Of a stretch of 64,000 nucleotides of DNA, positions 35,506-49,333 are shown piece by piece. Position numbers and translations under genes: made by a program. Under the pieces are notes generated by a model, which searched no databases, was not told where the DNA came from, and worked only from the letters and a program-made list of their open reading frames with translations. How positions within the stretch are numbered: position 1 is the stretch's first letter; each line of letters starts with the position of its first letter. This DNA is from Macrostomum lignano (lineage: Eukaryota): positions 1-64,000 of the forward strand of contig NIVC01003930.1 in NCBI GenBank assembly GCA_002269645.1, read 5' to 3'.

Positions 35506-35603
35506 CAAGGACAACTTGATAACTCAGGACCGGAAACGAGCCAATTCATGGCGAAAAAAAGTATGAGGCTCGTTTCTGGTCCTGAGTTATCAAGTTGTCC
35601 TTG
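35506..35603. repeat. Near-perfect 37-bp inverted repeat (hairpin)
   Basis: caaggacaacttgataactcaggaccggaaacgagcc and its reverse complement, 1 mismatch, 24-nt loop. Confidence 0.85.
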
Positions 35604-36146
35604 AGTTCAACTGAGTAAAGACAGTGGACTTGATAGAATAAGCGATACCTCGGTTTCGTTATGTACCGCAATACTACTCGAATTTTTAACCATGCAAACG
35701 AAAACTATGATTTTAACTTGATTTCTGCTTTTTGTAAATTCGAAGATTTTCAACGGTGTGATTTAGCTGGTATAACATGAAAAGAATGATTTATTCCTGA
35801 AAATGAAATACAAAAGACTATCTTGCGATATAACGAGATTCTTTGTTTGACGGACGTGCGAAAGCTTTCTACTCAGTATTTAAACAGGAGCCGTGATATT
35901 TATTCGTCTTTTTCACATTGTTATTCGCCTTGGTTCCAAACACAAAATTCTGCGCGAGGATAATTCAAGGAAATCCAAGTCCCGTGCACGACAAAAGCAA
36001 GCAGATCTGGTGATATGTCAGAAAGAAAATCAAGAGCAGGAGAAATTCGACGTCGAGCAGGAGAAACACAATTTTTTAGATCATGCAATTTCTTTGCGAT
36101 AACACGAGTTAGAGATTCACTTTTCAATCTCAGTCCTCATCGCTGG

Positions 36147-37391
36147 TTAATCACTAGTGTTGGTGCAGAAGTCCTCCAGCTCTTTGAAGTCTTCCTGATT
36201 CAATATTTTCGAGCTCATGCCATAGCAGTAAAGAGAGCCATTTAGACTGATAGAGGAGTCTGGAGAATATCCCAGTTTTAGACAGTCAAAACTAGATGGA
36301 TTAACTGAAGCTCCGGGTTGCATCGGATGAGCCTTCTTGAAGTTGTCATACACCGAGCCGTTAAAGTAGAAGTGCTGGTAGGCAGTTCTGTTGTAAGCGC
36401 AACCGACAGACAGCAGGGCTGGCTGAGTGGTCTCAGGCAGGAAAGTCTCAGACTCGGCCAGGAACCTCTTGTAGTCGCCCTGAGTCCAGTACGAATAGCC
36501 GTAAATGAAGTTCGAACGCTTAGCAAATGAATTGCTTCTTTCAGGAGAGCTGCCACAGCTCCAGAACGAATGATAGTATTGATACCTGAAATTTATTGGC
36601 AGTTTTGGAATTCATACATGTAGTTGACTCAACGTTCATGCATACTGTAAATTTGAACAGTAACCTATTAATTAATTAGAAGGCAACGTACTCGCAATCC
36701 ATGACATGCCGAACCAGAAGGTAAAACGAGTAACTCTTCCCATAGTCGAGGTATTCATTAAATCCTGGAGTCTCCGCGCTCAGGTAAGAACTCGGGCTGC
36801 CCTTGAACCCGGCTCCGTCACTGCCGACTGTCACATCGTGCGCTTTCAAACAGAATCGCCTCGAGTCCACCTCGTTCACCAAACCATTCTTCTTGAACCG
36901 GTAAAACAGCAGCAGCTGTAGGCGCTTGAAGAATGTCGATTTTCGGTCTGAAGAGAATGAGCGTCCGAGAGTGCAAGCGATACATGCAGTTGATACAATG
37001 CTTTGTACAGTAGCTCGTACTTGAAATATGCGATGCACTTACCCTTTACATTGCTGACAACATGGCCTGGAAAGTACACGTGCGAGTCGCATGCTCCAGC
37101 AGTCCACAGCATTTTATTTGCGCAGGCGTCTCCAATGTAGCAGATCCGGCTTATCCTGTCGAAATGAAACGCGTCGCAAAGCTTATCAGCGCTGCACGCA
37201 GCGGCGCACTGGATTTTACTGCTCAGCTTTATCTGCCGTATCTGCTCAGAAGCTGGGCAAAGTTTAGTCTTTTTAAACTGGAAATTTGCAGCTGAAGCGT
37301 AGCGGATTTTAAAAAATATCTCAATGAGAATAAGCATGACAACGCAGGCAGCTGCAGACGTACAGAACGTTTTTAATTCCAGCTTGGACAT
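36147..37391 (-). CDS. Secreted/anchored PAN/Apple + LamG-like protein, paralog B (exons 37391-37043, 36947-36692, 36585-36147)
   Basis: IQCAAACSADKLCDAFHF..CYI. Exon 2 LFYRFKKNGLVNEVDSRRFCL..GSDGAGFKGSPSSYL parallels paralog A. Same intron phases (1, 2). C-terminus LNGSLYCYGMSSKILNQEDF. Confidence 0.78.
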
Positions 37392-39246
37392 TTAAATCGG
37401 ATGCCGACCAATGCGTATTTTCTCGGAAGCGAACTGATGGAGAAGCGATTTCTTTCATTTCCTTTCTAACTGGAGTTTTTATACTAGAATCCAGTTGTGT
37501 ATTGGTCTTTTGAAATGTCAATTTTACTATTGTTTGAAAGCTTTTAGCTGTATTGATCGTGAAGACAAAAATCTTCAAAATCGATGCGAGCTTGCAAAAA
37601 TAAAAGCCTAAGTTATTGCAGCACTACAATATGGGTTCAGGATGCCAGCTTTTACCGAGTAGCTCTTATATGCGGCTGCAAAGTCAACGTAAAAACTTGA
37701 CGCTTTTTAGTTCTGCTTTTCATTCATTTAACGGTTGGCTTGAGCCTTGAATTTACAAAACACAGGAGTACATGTAGTCATGAAAAGTTTGGCAATCCAG
37801 CTAGAGTAGTATATGCATGGTGCCATAGCAGCACAGCAGCTCTTTCGTTCACTTGTGCCCTGCAAGAAGACAGATGTACATGTTTTTTAATAGGTGGTAA
37901 ATAACACTGTACTATTAGATATTCAAAATCAATGCTCGGGATCGATGAAGAGCAAAAGCAAGAATAAACGGGGTCACAAAACATGCCTGACTAGCTACCT
38001 TACGTTCTACAAACTGCGTGCAGCACAATTAAAATTCAGCAGCCCCTGCAGTGCAGGCAAGCTGCAGCGTCAGCATAGTGACAGCTCTATGAGGGCTCTA
38101 AACGATCCGTATTCTTCACGTACGCTTCATGCATCTTGAAGTTGCATGATCAGTAACAAAAATCACATATAGTACAAGTCGGAATCGAAATAAACGCACG
38201 GCGAGTGCCCTAGCTTGCATTTGCTGCCTCAATTCTTTCTGTCGTAAGTCCGGGCCGCGCGGAAGAAGTCGGATATACATGTAGATTGAGATGCCCTGCC
38301 TGATACATGTAGTACATGTATGTGCCGTCTCAACAATTTGGACAACTTCAGCTAACTCCGTACACTAGGCCCTATCTGCTGCATCTACATGTAAAAGCTC
38401 TCGAAACCAGCTGGGTGAAATGTTTCCGCGCTCCTACCAGACAGGCCTTTAACTACATGTAATAGCAGCTATGAACCAAGAGCTTGACACGATCATAATA
38501 ATTACTGCTGTAGCAAAACTATATGCACCACTACAAGCGCAAGGTGCTTCTTAATTTGCTCATCCTGCAGCGACTATACGATCACTAGAACGATAAAACT
38601 TGCTGAAGCAGTCTCATATATAGGCAATCAGTTTGCACTAATTTTATATGTAGATAGTACATAGTAATGGCACACCTTGTTGAAAAAATGGGTTGTCTGC
38701 CTTGAAAAAGTAAATTAAAAAAAATTAGATTTAGCCAAAGCCGCGAATGGTATTTTATTCTTAAAGGAGTATACATTTCTAATGTTCCCGTGCATCCATT
38801 CAAAAGTGAAATTGTTTGGAACAGTGGCCTTCAAAACATTTTCCATTATATTTTGAGTGTTGGTCCTTCTCTTTAGTAGTCCGGACATATAAATACGACT
38901 AAGGTGTCCATACTGTTAAATAAAAACCAATATAAAAATTAGATAATTTTAATGGTAGTTAGGGCTGGAAGAATAAAACGGAAACCACCTGTTGAACATT
39001 TTGTGAGGCATTGGCTTCCGGAAGATAGTGTTGATTTGAGTTAGTTTTCTTAATATATTTAAATAACAATTTATTTTTATTTTAAATAATTTTACCTCTC
39101 AATACTATATATTAGTAAATCAGTATTTAAAAAAGAGTTTACAGTTTGTTAAAAAAAAAAGTAAAAAAATTTAACAGTAGAATTTTACCAAAATTCTACG
39201 ATTTTGTTTTAAAATTTCACATCGTTGCTGCTCAGTGCTCGTCCTA

Positions 39247-39506
39247 GGGCCTTTTCATATTGCTTGCTCTGGTTCCAGAACCAGACCCAATTTGTGAAGT
39301 ATAACTTTTTGTCTCCATAACTAGACGAAGATACGTACTATAAAGTTTTTATTATTGAATGACAATCGCCAAGAAGAAAGTGAAAAATTGTGCTAAGTTA
39401 GGTTGTTAAGGCAGTCAAATATTAACAGAGTTTAATAGTTATACTGCTGTTTTTCTTGGAATTCCGAACCGATTCTTGTTCTGGAATTGGTAATATGAAA
39501 AGGCCC
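39247..39506. mobile_element. PIF/Harbinger-type MITE
   Basis: 15-bp TIR gggccttttcatatt / aatatgaaaaggccc, flanked by a 3-bp TSD CTA (39244-39246, 39507-39509). Confidence 0.7.
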
Positions 39507-40184
39507 CTAGACATAGACACTTACTTCTATTGTTGTGCACTTGTTAGTGACAGTATGTTCATGCACAGGGGCTAGGGCATCGTCCCTGTGTGCACTCTAG
39601 AGGCACTATTGTTATGGTTGGGTGCCTATCTGTTAGCATGTTTAGTTTAGGTTAGCCTAGTATAAATTGAATATATACACTATACAGTAACAGCAGTACA
39701 GTACTATGTTATATAGTCCTGTTTAATAACAATCAATATTATTTAACACCCAGTCGTAAGTATCATTTTTGACCATTTCACAGTGAAATTTTCACCTAAC
39801 TCAAGCCAAGGTGCATGCTGTATGATCATTTTGCCTGTGTTAGTTTGAAATATCTATCTAGACCTATTTAGGTGTAGTTAATTTTTTAATGCCTTTTCCA
39901 GAATGCAGTATGCCAAAATTAGGTTAGGCCTTTATTTGGAACATTAATTTAGTGAAGTCACTTTAATGAACATTGAACAAAATTTCAGCAGATTCATTTT
40001 AGGCCATATTCCTGAAGATGATATTTTGGAAGGAAATTCTTAGTCCTATGTGGAACAAATTCTTAAAGACCTAATTTTTAGAGTAGACTTAGACTATAAC
40101 TTTTTAATTTTCTTTGTAAATATTCTAATGATATGCTTTGCAATATCATAGTTAAGAATTTGGCATGTGTGCATTTGAATTAAA

Positions 40185-40747
40185 GGCAATAGTGCAGTTT
40201 CATTTGCGAAATTATTTTTCATTTAAATTTGAAAGTTCAAAACCAGAAAACAATAACAACAATGTTTTAAACCATTCTAGCAACTGGTCCAGAGCTCATT
40301 GGTCACGGAAATTTAAAGCAAATGGGCGCTCTATTCAAATACTTTTTTTCATTAAATCTGTGCCATACTCGAATGCTACTTGAAACGCAAGTTGTCTATG
40401 GAAAAAATAGTTAAAAAAATCAAAATGGGGCTCAAGTGGGAGGGGGGCTTGAACTATTTCCCTTTAGCTGAGAAGCTGCTAATATCTACTTTTTCTTTTG
40501 GACAACATATTGCATCATGGCTAGATGAACACTAAGACCCTCATAGATAATTCCACCAAATGAAGTGCTGCTAGCAAATGCTCTACCCCAAATAGAGCTA
40601 AATTCGCGCAACCTGATAGCTGCCACGGTCTTTGCCACAATCGTTAGAATAGTTTAAAATATCATTTTTTTTGTTGTTATTGTTTTCTGGTTTCCAACTT
40701 CAAATTTAAACGAAAAATAATTTCGCGAACAAAACTATACTATTGCC
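40185..40747. mobile_element. MITE-like element with ~80-bp imperfect inverted arms
   Basis: ggcaatag..gcgaaattatttttc.tttaaatttgaa..aaaccagaaaacaataacaacaa is mirrored at 40672-40747. Confidence 0.6.
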
Positions 40748-41470
40748 GAATTAAATTTGGGAAGAGGTCCATTAGAGCCATAGGCCTAGTTAGGATCATG
40801 CCATAGTCCATTTCATGCTTGGAGTTATACTGGAGAAAAACTGATGAAATTTCATCATTTACGCTAGAGTTATGCCAGGCTTATGCACCACATGGCACAC
40901 ACTAGGCATAATACCTAGACTAAGGTGCAACAGTTTGTAGGAACATTTTTTATTTCAAAAAAGTTTATTAATGATTTTATTTGTATATTAAAGTTAAAAC
41001 CTTAGAAACATATAAATAATAAAAACAGAATAACATAAAAGTTTTGCATTACAATTTAATTTCTAGATTTTTAATTTTGTCTTACTTTATACAAATTATA
41101 AAATGTGTAGTTATTTAAATTCTCCATTTTATTCAAATACTTTAAATAAGTTACAGTAATTGAAACATGGTTGATTGGCCAGTTGCGTTTATTTTTGGTC
41201 AGGGAAATAAACCAAAAGATTATCTATAGTTGTTTTTATTATGCCCATCATTTATGCCAGTCTATTTTTCTATTAAATCTTACCCCAAGCATTTATGCCA
41301 AGACTAATTTTTGTCTAGAATTGTTAACTGTAATGAAATGGACTATGGGGATCATCATATACCTGTGCCAGAACAAATCTATTAAAAAGTTTGTTTGTGC
41401 CATATGGTACAAAACTTTTTTTAAAAATTACTAAATTAGTAATTTTTTATTTGAAAAATGCTAGTAAAAC

Positions 41471-42773
41471 TATAATGAATTAGTTGCCAAGAAGTCTCAT
41501 TTGAATATTTGAATCGTCAGTTGAGACCAGAGTGCCAAATCAGAGTGGCAAACTCTTACAAGCGATATTAATTATATATTAGTTACATTGAGCAATAAAA
41601 CAAACTACATTATAAAACAATTATGCAAAACTATATAAATATGAGTACATACACTAAAAAGTACAGTAAATGCAGAAATAGAATACAAATATGAAATACA
41701 AATAATTCAGTAAGAAATAAGTACAAAATATGATTCCTTTTAAAATAGATATGGAGATACATTAACATTATCCTCCTCTTGGAAAGGACTATGTCCACAT
41801 TGTCAATAAAAGTACAAAAAAGTACGATACAAATTAATGAAAATAACTATTAAATATATAGTAAATTAATAGATAAAATTGAAATTATTAGAACAAATTT
41901 AATTGCTTTCCCAACTATGCATTCAATATGAGAATAGCAGAACACATTAACAAAAAACAATGTAATGGTCTGGTACCTTATAAGAAGCAAATTAAACAGA
42001 CAATACATAGACCAGAACCTAATAAAGAAAACAGAGCCCTGGGTTCTCCCCATTACAACCAGCACAGAGCACAAACAATATGGATCAAGTAAAAATACTT
42101 TACAAAAAAATACTTTTACACACTTTTGTGATGCACTGCCATTGGGTGACACTTTACAAAATGAACAGTTACATTAAAAAATAATTATTAATATTATTTG
42201 AAAATTAAGTACATTATGGCAATTGCCAAAATACAGTATAAAGTACATATGATATGAAAGAATACAAGTACTAAGTGGAATTGCTCTACAGTACAATTGA
42301 AACAACACAGATTCAATATCTTCTAATCTTTGGACGCCTGCACTCATGGAGTCATGGTATCTCTGCTGTCATTGGCTGGCTTTTTGGTGTTGGCTTGCAT
42401 TGATTCGCTGTTTGCTAGATGTCAGAAGGATCTAGCAGAGTCCCATTGTGGAATCTGGGTCCTGGCGTGGTTGCCAATGTAATGAATTAGTTGCCGAGAA
42501 GTCTCATTTGAATATTTGAATCGTCAGTTGAGACCAGAGTGCCAAATCAGAGCGGCGAACTCTTACAAGCAATATTTATTATATATTAGTTACATTGAGC
42601 AATAAAACAAACTACATTATAAAACAATTATGCAAAATTATATAAATACGAGTACATACACTAAAAAGTACAGTAAATGCAGAAATAGAATACAAATATG
42701 AAATACAAATAATACAATGAGAAATAAGTACAAAATATGATTCCTTTTAAAATAGATATAGAGATACATTACA
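41471..42773 (-). mobile_element. TRIM-like non-autonomous LTR retroelement
   Basis: LTRs 41471-41767 and 42478-42773 (TGTAAT..ATTACA; about a dozen differences). PBS-like TGGCAACCACGCCAGG (42476-42461). PPT AAGAGGAGGA (41780-41771). 4-bp TSD AAAC. Confidence 0.8.
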
Positions 42774-43711
42774 AAACATATTTGAATATATTTCATAAAA
42801 AAGGAAATGTTTATATAAATTAATTCAAATAGCTATTGATATTTTGGCAAACAAAATGTGCTGATAAAAAGAAATTATAAGCTAATTTTTTGACAAAGAA
42901 AGTATTGTCTCATCTAAAATTTTTGTCTTAAATACTAAATTGTATAGATTTCTTTACTTATACTATATTGTGCCTAATTTTTCTCTTGCCTGCTGTGCTA
43001 GAATACATTGGCATGGCGCTTGGCAAATGTCTAGTATTAAGCAAGTTACTCTGAAAAACAGGGTGCCCACACCTTCCTTTATCTCCTTTATCTCCTTCAT
43101 TCTCTTTTTTTGGCAAACCCCTCCTTTATTTTCTTTATTTAGAAGATTTTTAGAACTTTCTCCTTTATTTTAGCCACTTTGGCTCCTAGGATTTTTAGCA
43201 CTTATACTTAAATGTATTATTAGTTTAGGGTCCGTTTAAATAATAATTTTTAATAAGAGTATTCTATTGACTTATATTATTTTCCTAGGCAAAGTTAGTT
43301 AACAATTGGACAAACTTTATAGTATCAACCCTAAGTTAGCCACAATATCAGATATGGAACTGTTCAGCAGTGGCAGCAGAGCCTAATATTTTAAAAGGGG
43401 CACTAGGCACAGGGCAAGGAAGGCACAGGTACCTTTGTAATTGTTAATTAGGGTCTAAAATCAGAAAAAGCACTAAAATAACCACATAGACTCATTTTTT
43501 GGGGGGGGGGGGGGGGGGGCATGTGCCCCCAGTGCCGCAAGCTCCCGCCGCCTATGCTGTGAAGCTAGGAATATACAAGTTCTTCTTAGGATGGCAAATT
43601 GGCTAGAAAGATAATGTGATCAAAGAAGTCAACAAATAGGCCATAGAATAAAACAATCATGAGAGTACAACTGGCTTTTGAAGTAGGGATTGGCAGATTT
43701 TTATCTCAAAG

Positions 43712-46700
43712 TGTTATGTCCTCTTCTTCTGCTTCTATACCGACTATTGCCTCCAGGCTACCATCTGACATCAAAGTCAAGTCGAAGAAGCATTATTTAA
43801 AATACAAGCTGTTCACAAGCTTTATTTGCCTCTAGCCGGCGCACGTCTTGTTTGCCCTTTGTAATACTGTTAGCCTTCGGCTCTTAAAGAAATAAAATAT
43901 TGTACCCTAGACTATAGACAAAAGAAGAGAAGCATTAGTGCATTTGCTAAACCAAAAGTCCATACACAACATTCCCCCCTTTGTCAATTAATATCTCAAC
44001 CGGTCCGGTTTCTGCAATTTGTCTCTGTCCCTCAGTCGTCTAGGTTCTTTAGCCGATGTGTCAGTGCTCTTGCCACGAGTTCCGTCTGTGTCGGTTGTCT
44101 GTGGTTCATCTTGCACGGGCACGCTTTGGGCTGCTGGATTTGAAATGTCCTCACTCTGCATTTGCTCACGAGCCAAGTCAGTCTGATCGTCCTGATGCCT
44201 CTTCATGATTGGTGGAATTCGGGTGGGAAGAACGTCTGTCTTGATAATTTGATCAACGTGCCTCTTCCAGATTTGACCGTTGACCTGCAGTCTAAGACAT
44301 TGGTCCTGTGCGGGTGACCACCTCGGCAGGAATCCATCTGTTCTCTTTCTCCCTTCTGAAATCAAGCGTCAGAACTTTTTCTCCCTCCTGGAACTCCCTC
44401 GGCGACGCTCCTCTATGGCTTTGTCGTTTGGTCACATCAGTCTGCTTATCCAGTACTTTTGTGTAGGTGTCCGGCCTAAGAAAGTCCAATTGAGTTCGGC
44501 GCTTGTAGCACAGCATCATTTCAGCTGGCGTCCTACCAGTTGTAGAGTGAGGTGTACTTCTGTATCTGAACAAGAAGTTCTGCATACTCAGTATTGGGTC
44601 TCCATGCGTTTTGATTCCGGCTTTAATAGCAGACTTCGCAGTCTGGACCATCCTTTTGCTAAGTCCATTAGTACGCGGATGTCTAACAGCCGTTAAAATT
44701 TGACTAATATTATTTTGCTTCAAAAACGCACGAAACTCAGATGAGCAGAACTGACTGCCGTTGTCGCTTAAGACTTGCTGAGGAATTCCAAACCTTGCGA
44801 AAGTATCTCGCAGGCACTCAATTGTCTTACTTGTAGTCGCATGTTTCATAGGAAAAATCTCGACCCATTTGCTAGTTGCGTCGACAATGATAAGCCAGAA
44901 ATATCTGTGAAATGGTCCCATGTAGTCCAGCTGGATTCTTGTCCATGGCTTCTCTGGCCAAACAAGAGGTTGTACAGGTGCCTGTGCAGGTAAATTTCTT
45001 TGCAGCTGGCAACCTTCACAGCTTCGGACTAGGTCTTCGATGGCACTATCGATTCCAGGGAACCAAACATGCAGCCTAGCAATAGACTTCATAGCAACTA
45101 TTCCAGGGTGTCCGTCGTGAAGCAACTCCAGAACCATTCGATGCACACTCCTTGGAATAACGACGCGCAGTCCCCAGAAAATCACTCCTTGCTCGATACA
45201 AAGCTCATTTCTTTTACAAAAATACTGTTCCAAACCTGGCTCACTTGTTTCTGGCCAGCCGTTTTGGCAGTAGTGAACGACTTTTCAAAGTTCTGCGTCC
45301 TTCCGTGTCGCGGTTCTAATCGTCTCTGCTGTGATCGGTAGCATCTCAAGTCTGACTTCCAGAATTTTGTCACATGAGATGTTCTTGGCTCGATCTGGTA
45401 AGCGTGAAAGCGCGTCCGCATTTGAATGGTCCTCTGTCCTTCGAAATTTGATTGTGTATTGGTGGGCGGACAGAAGTACGGCCCAACGCTGAAGACGACT
45501 TGCTGTGATGCTAGGGATATCCTTTTTGTCTCCAAAGATGGTTAGGAGCGGCTTATGGTCCGTCACAAGCACGAAATGATGTCCAAACAGGTACTGGTGG
45601 AACCTTTTTACTCCAAATACTATGGCCAGCGCTTCCTTCTCCAACTGCGAGTAGTTAATCTCCGGCTTTGATAGCGTCCTCGAAGCATAGGCAACTGGCC
45701 TTTCATCACCATTCGGCATCACGTGCGAGATGACACATCCGATTCCATACTTTGAAGCATCCGTTTGTAGAATGAGCTGCTTCTTCGGATCGAAATGCGC
45801 TAGCACTCAGTCAGATGTCAGCGTTTTCTTCACCCTGTCAAATGCAGCGTTGCACTCCTCACTCCAGCGAAACTCCGATTCCTTGCACAACAGTCGATTG
45901 AGCGGTACCAGAATCGACGACAGATTCGGGATAAACTTCGCGTAGTAGGATATCATTCCAATTAGAGAGCAAACTTCGGTTGCATTTGTTGGTGCCGGTG
46001 CATTGTGAATTGCCTCAACTTTCTCGTTTGATGGGTGAAGTCCATTTTCGTCAATAACGTATCCGAGGTATGCAATCTTGTTGAGACGAAATTCACACTT
46101 CTTTCTGTTTAAATGCACGCCATAATCTGAAAGGCGCTCCAACACGGCGTTCAACCTATTATCGTGGTCTTCCAGACTGGTTCTAGACACCAGAATATCA
46201 TCTATGTATACAACGACGTCCAGGCCCTGCAGTATTTTCTCCATGGCCTCCTGAAACTGAGCCGGTGCGGATGCCAGTCCCATTGTGAGTCGGTTATATT
46301 GAAACAGACCGAGATGAGTGTTGATAGTGGTAAACCTTCTACAGGATTCTTCCAACTCAAGCTGCAGGAATGCTTGCGAGATGTCCAGTTTGGTAAAATA
46401 TTTCCCGCCATTTAATGTTGCAAAAATTTCTTCTGGTCGTGGCAGAGGATACTTATCGACCTCTAACTGTGGATTGACTGTCCTTTTAAAGTCAGCGCAA
46501 AGTTGTGGCTAACCACGTTGATTGTTGCTTCACCTAATACTGGGATTGAGTGATCCGTGTAGCTAGACAACCTTACGGTAGTCCTTGAAAGCTTCAGGCC
46601 TAGTTGCTTACTGGTCTTCTCATTGATCAGGGTTTTATCCGCACCAGTATCCACTTGAAATCTTACAGCTTTTCCGTTCAGTTCCAGTTCGCACTCGTAT

Positions 46701-47905
46701 AGTGGAGAAGTGACATGCGCGACCTGTCCAGTCGAACACACTGTCCTGACTTCAAAGCACTCCCTGTGGTGTCCCTGACTCGTACAGTTTGAGTCCCTGC
46801 TGTGTGAGCTGGTTGAACTAGCTTTGTCCTGTGCATAGTGCACTCTGCCGTGTCTCTTATGTCTGGACGAGCTGAGTTTCTTTTGCTTTCCACCTCCGGA
46901 ATCTTTAGTCCTGTCCTTTGTGCGGCAGGCATCACTTTTATGTCCCACTCGACCGCACTTGCTGCACGTCTTGCTATGGTAGGGGCAGTTCTTTGCCCAG
47001 TGATCTTGTGCATTGCAGCGGAAGCATCCAGATTGATTGTTTCTGTTGTTCTTCTCTGACAAGCCGTCTGTCAGATTTTTACTGGCTCTCGAAGGCTTCA
47101 CCGCCTGGATTGCACCAGTTGACGAAATTGTCACCACACCTCTTTCCGCTGCTTCCATCGCAGTCGCAAGGGTAAGTGCTCCAGTTAGTGTCAGTGTGTC
47201 TTCTTGCAACAGACGCTGCTGTGTCAGGCAATTCCTTAGGCCGACAACGAACCTGTCTCTCAGTGCCTCGTCCAAGAATTCATTAAAACCACACGTGGTA
47301 GCCAACTTCCGCAGACTTGCAATGAAATCGCTCACATTTTCTCCTTCATGTTGGGCTCTGCTGTGGAAGTTGAATCTCTCGACAACGATCTTAAGCCTTG
47401 GGTTAAAATGCTCCCTCAGGGCCTTGACTTGATCGTCGAAGTTCACATCCTTGGGCTTCTTTGGTGACAGCAGGTTGCGGAGCAATTGATAGCAGTCATT
47501 ACCAATCACTGTAATCAGATTTGCTCGCTTATGTGCCTCCTCGGTCACTTTGTTTACGACGAGAAACTGCTCGAGTCGTTCTTCATAAGCTTCCCATTGC
47601 TTCGGTTTAGCCACGTCGAACTCCGATTTTTACACTCGTCGCCATTGTTATGTCCTCTTCTTCTGCTTCTATACCGACTATTGCCTCCAGGCTACCATCT
47701 GACATCAAAGTCAAGTCGAAGAAGCATTATTTAAAATACAAGCTGTTCACAAGCTTTATTTGCCTCTAGCCGGCGCACGTCTTGTTTGCCCTTTGTAATA
47801 CTGTTAGCCTTCGGCTCTTAAAGAAATAAAATATTGTACCCTAGACTATAGACAAAAGAAGAGAAGCATTAGTGCATTTGCTAAACCAAAAGTCCATACA
47901 CAACA
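43712..47905 (-). mobile_element. Ty3/Gypsy (Mag-like) LTR retrotransposon, internally deleted
   Basis: 260-bp LTRs 43712-43971 and 47646-47905 (TGTTAT..ACAACA), identical by eye. 5-bp TSD CAAAG. PBS TGGCGACGAG (tRNA-Ser(GCT)-type) at 47644-47635. PPT at 43982-43972. Confidence 0.96.
43988..47614 (-). pseudogene. Gypsy gag-pol (gag with 2 CCHC knuckles, protease DTGA, RT YIDD, RNase H, integrase), disrupted
   Basis: Deletion junction ~46503 (NVVSHN joined to LCADFKRTVNP). TGA stops at 45807 and 45285. Frameshift ~44292. Integrase third acidic residue reads K (NGLSKRMVQT). No gag ATG. Confidence 0.92.
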
Positions 47906-47989
47906 CAAAGGCCAGATAAAAAATCCAGCTAATGGCTACAGGGGCAGATGCAAGTGGAAAAGAGAATTAATAGACAATAAAAGAAAGAG

Positions 47990-48350
47990 AGTTGAGAGAA
48001 AGGATAAGAGAATAGATAAAATAGGCTCATATAAGAGGAGACAGGAGGGTAAGGAGAGAAAGAGAAGGCAGAGAAAAGGAAAAGGGAAAGAGGAGTACGA
48101 GGATAATAGAGGGGAAAAGATGCAAATAAGAGAGACAAGAAGAGAGAGGAGAGATAAGATGAAAGAAAGAAGAGATAAAAGAAAAGAGAGGAGAAAGATG
48201 AGAGAGCCCAGAGTGGATACAGGAAAGAGTAGAAAAAAGAATATAGATGAGCAAGAGAAGAGAGTAGATAGGATAGGAGAATGGGAAGAAAAGAAAAAAG
48301 ATTAAAGGAGAGAGAGAGAAGAGAGGAAACAGAAAAAAAGATAAAAGTTT
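47990..48350. repeat. AG-rich low-complexity tract
   Basis: Purine-rich; the ORFs tracked here are compositional artefacts. Confidence 0.8.
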
Positions 48351-49333
48351 CAGAGGACCCAAAGGACATAGTGATGCAGAGGCAAGAGGCTAGAGTTTGC
48401 CTATATAGGCCTTAGACAGACATTGCCTATCATTGTTACATTACCAAATTAAATCTCCTTTATTTTGAGATCAGTCAAATAGTCTTCTTTATTTTACTTT
48501 CTCAAAATGCGTAGGCACCCTGGAAAAAATAACTTCTGCTTAAGTAACTTCCTATTCCAAAGAAAGTAACTTCTAGCACTTGTTCTGGTCTATACTTAGG
48601 AAGGTGTCACATGTGTGCAGGAATATATTTCAATATATTTTTGGAATGTGCACTGTGCGTAAAACAAAAAATGAATTTGTGCACCAAGGCTAACATTCGT
48701 TTATTGACAAATACATAGCTAGCGTACTAATGCATTGTAGCACTAAAAAACTTGGTAAAAGTCAAATTAAAACAAAGCTAAAAAACAGATAAATTTTTGT
48801 ACCTTGGTAGGCTTTTTTTTTAACTCAAACATTTTGCTTTATTTTAGCTCACGTAGAAAATTATCAAAAGAATTAGCTTCAACTTTACAGTAACATCCCA
48901 TTTTGAATTTTATTATTCATTTTACTTACCAAGAAACAATTTTTTAATTAATATGCTTAGAAAAAGTGTAATCTTCAACCATATTTTATGTACTGCATAT
49001 GCAGATTATAAATTTAGGTGACTCATTGTCAGCTAAATTTTTCTTATCAGGTTTTGCTATGTTTTTCTTATCAGGTTTTGCTATGTGCCACTGTGCGCTA
49101 AAAATTTCTGCTAAGCCTTTGTTGTGCACCGTGTGCGCCACTTTGTATACATTTTTCGTTGATATGTGCCATAATTTTCTACTATAATGTATACCTTCTT
49201 GAGTGTGGGTTTTGGTATCAGTACTTTGATAAGTGATGGACTGAATGTAGATTTTTGCAAGTTTCCGAAACCGAATCCGAATGTACAAAAAAATTCCAAA
49301 TCCGAATCCAAATATCAAAATGTGTTTCCGAAT

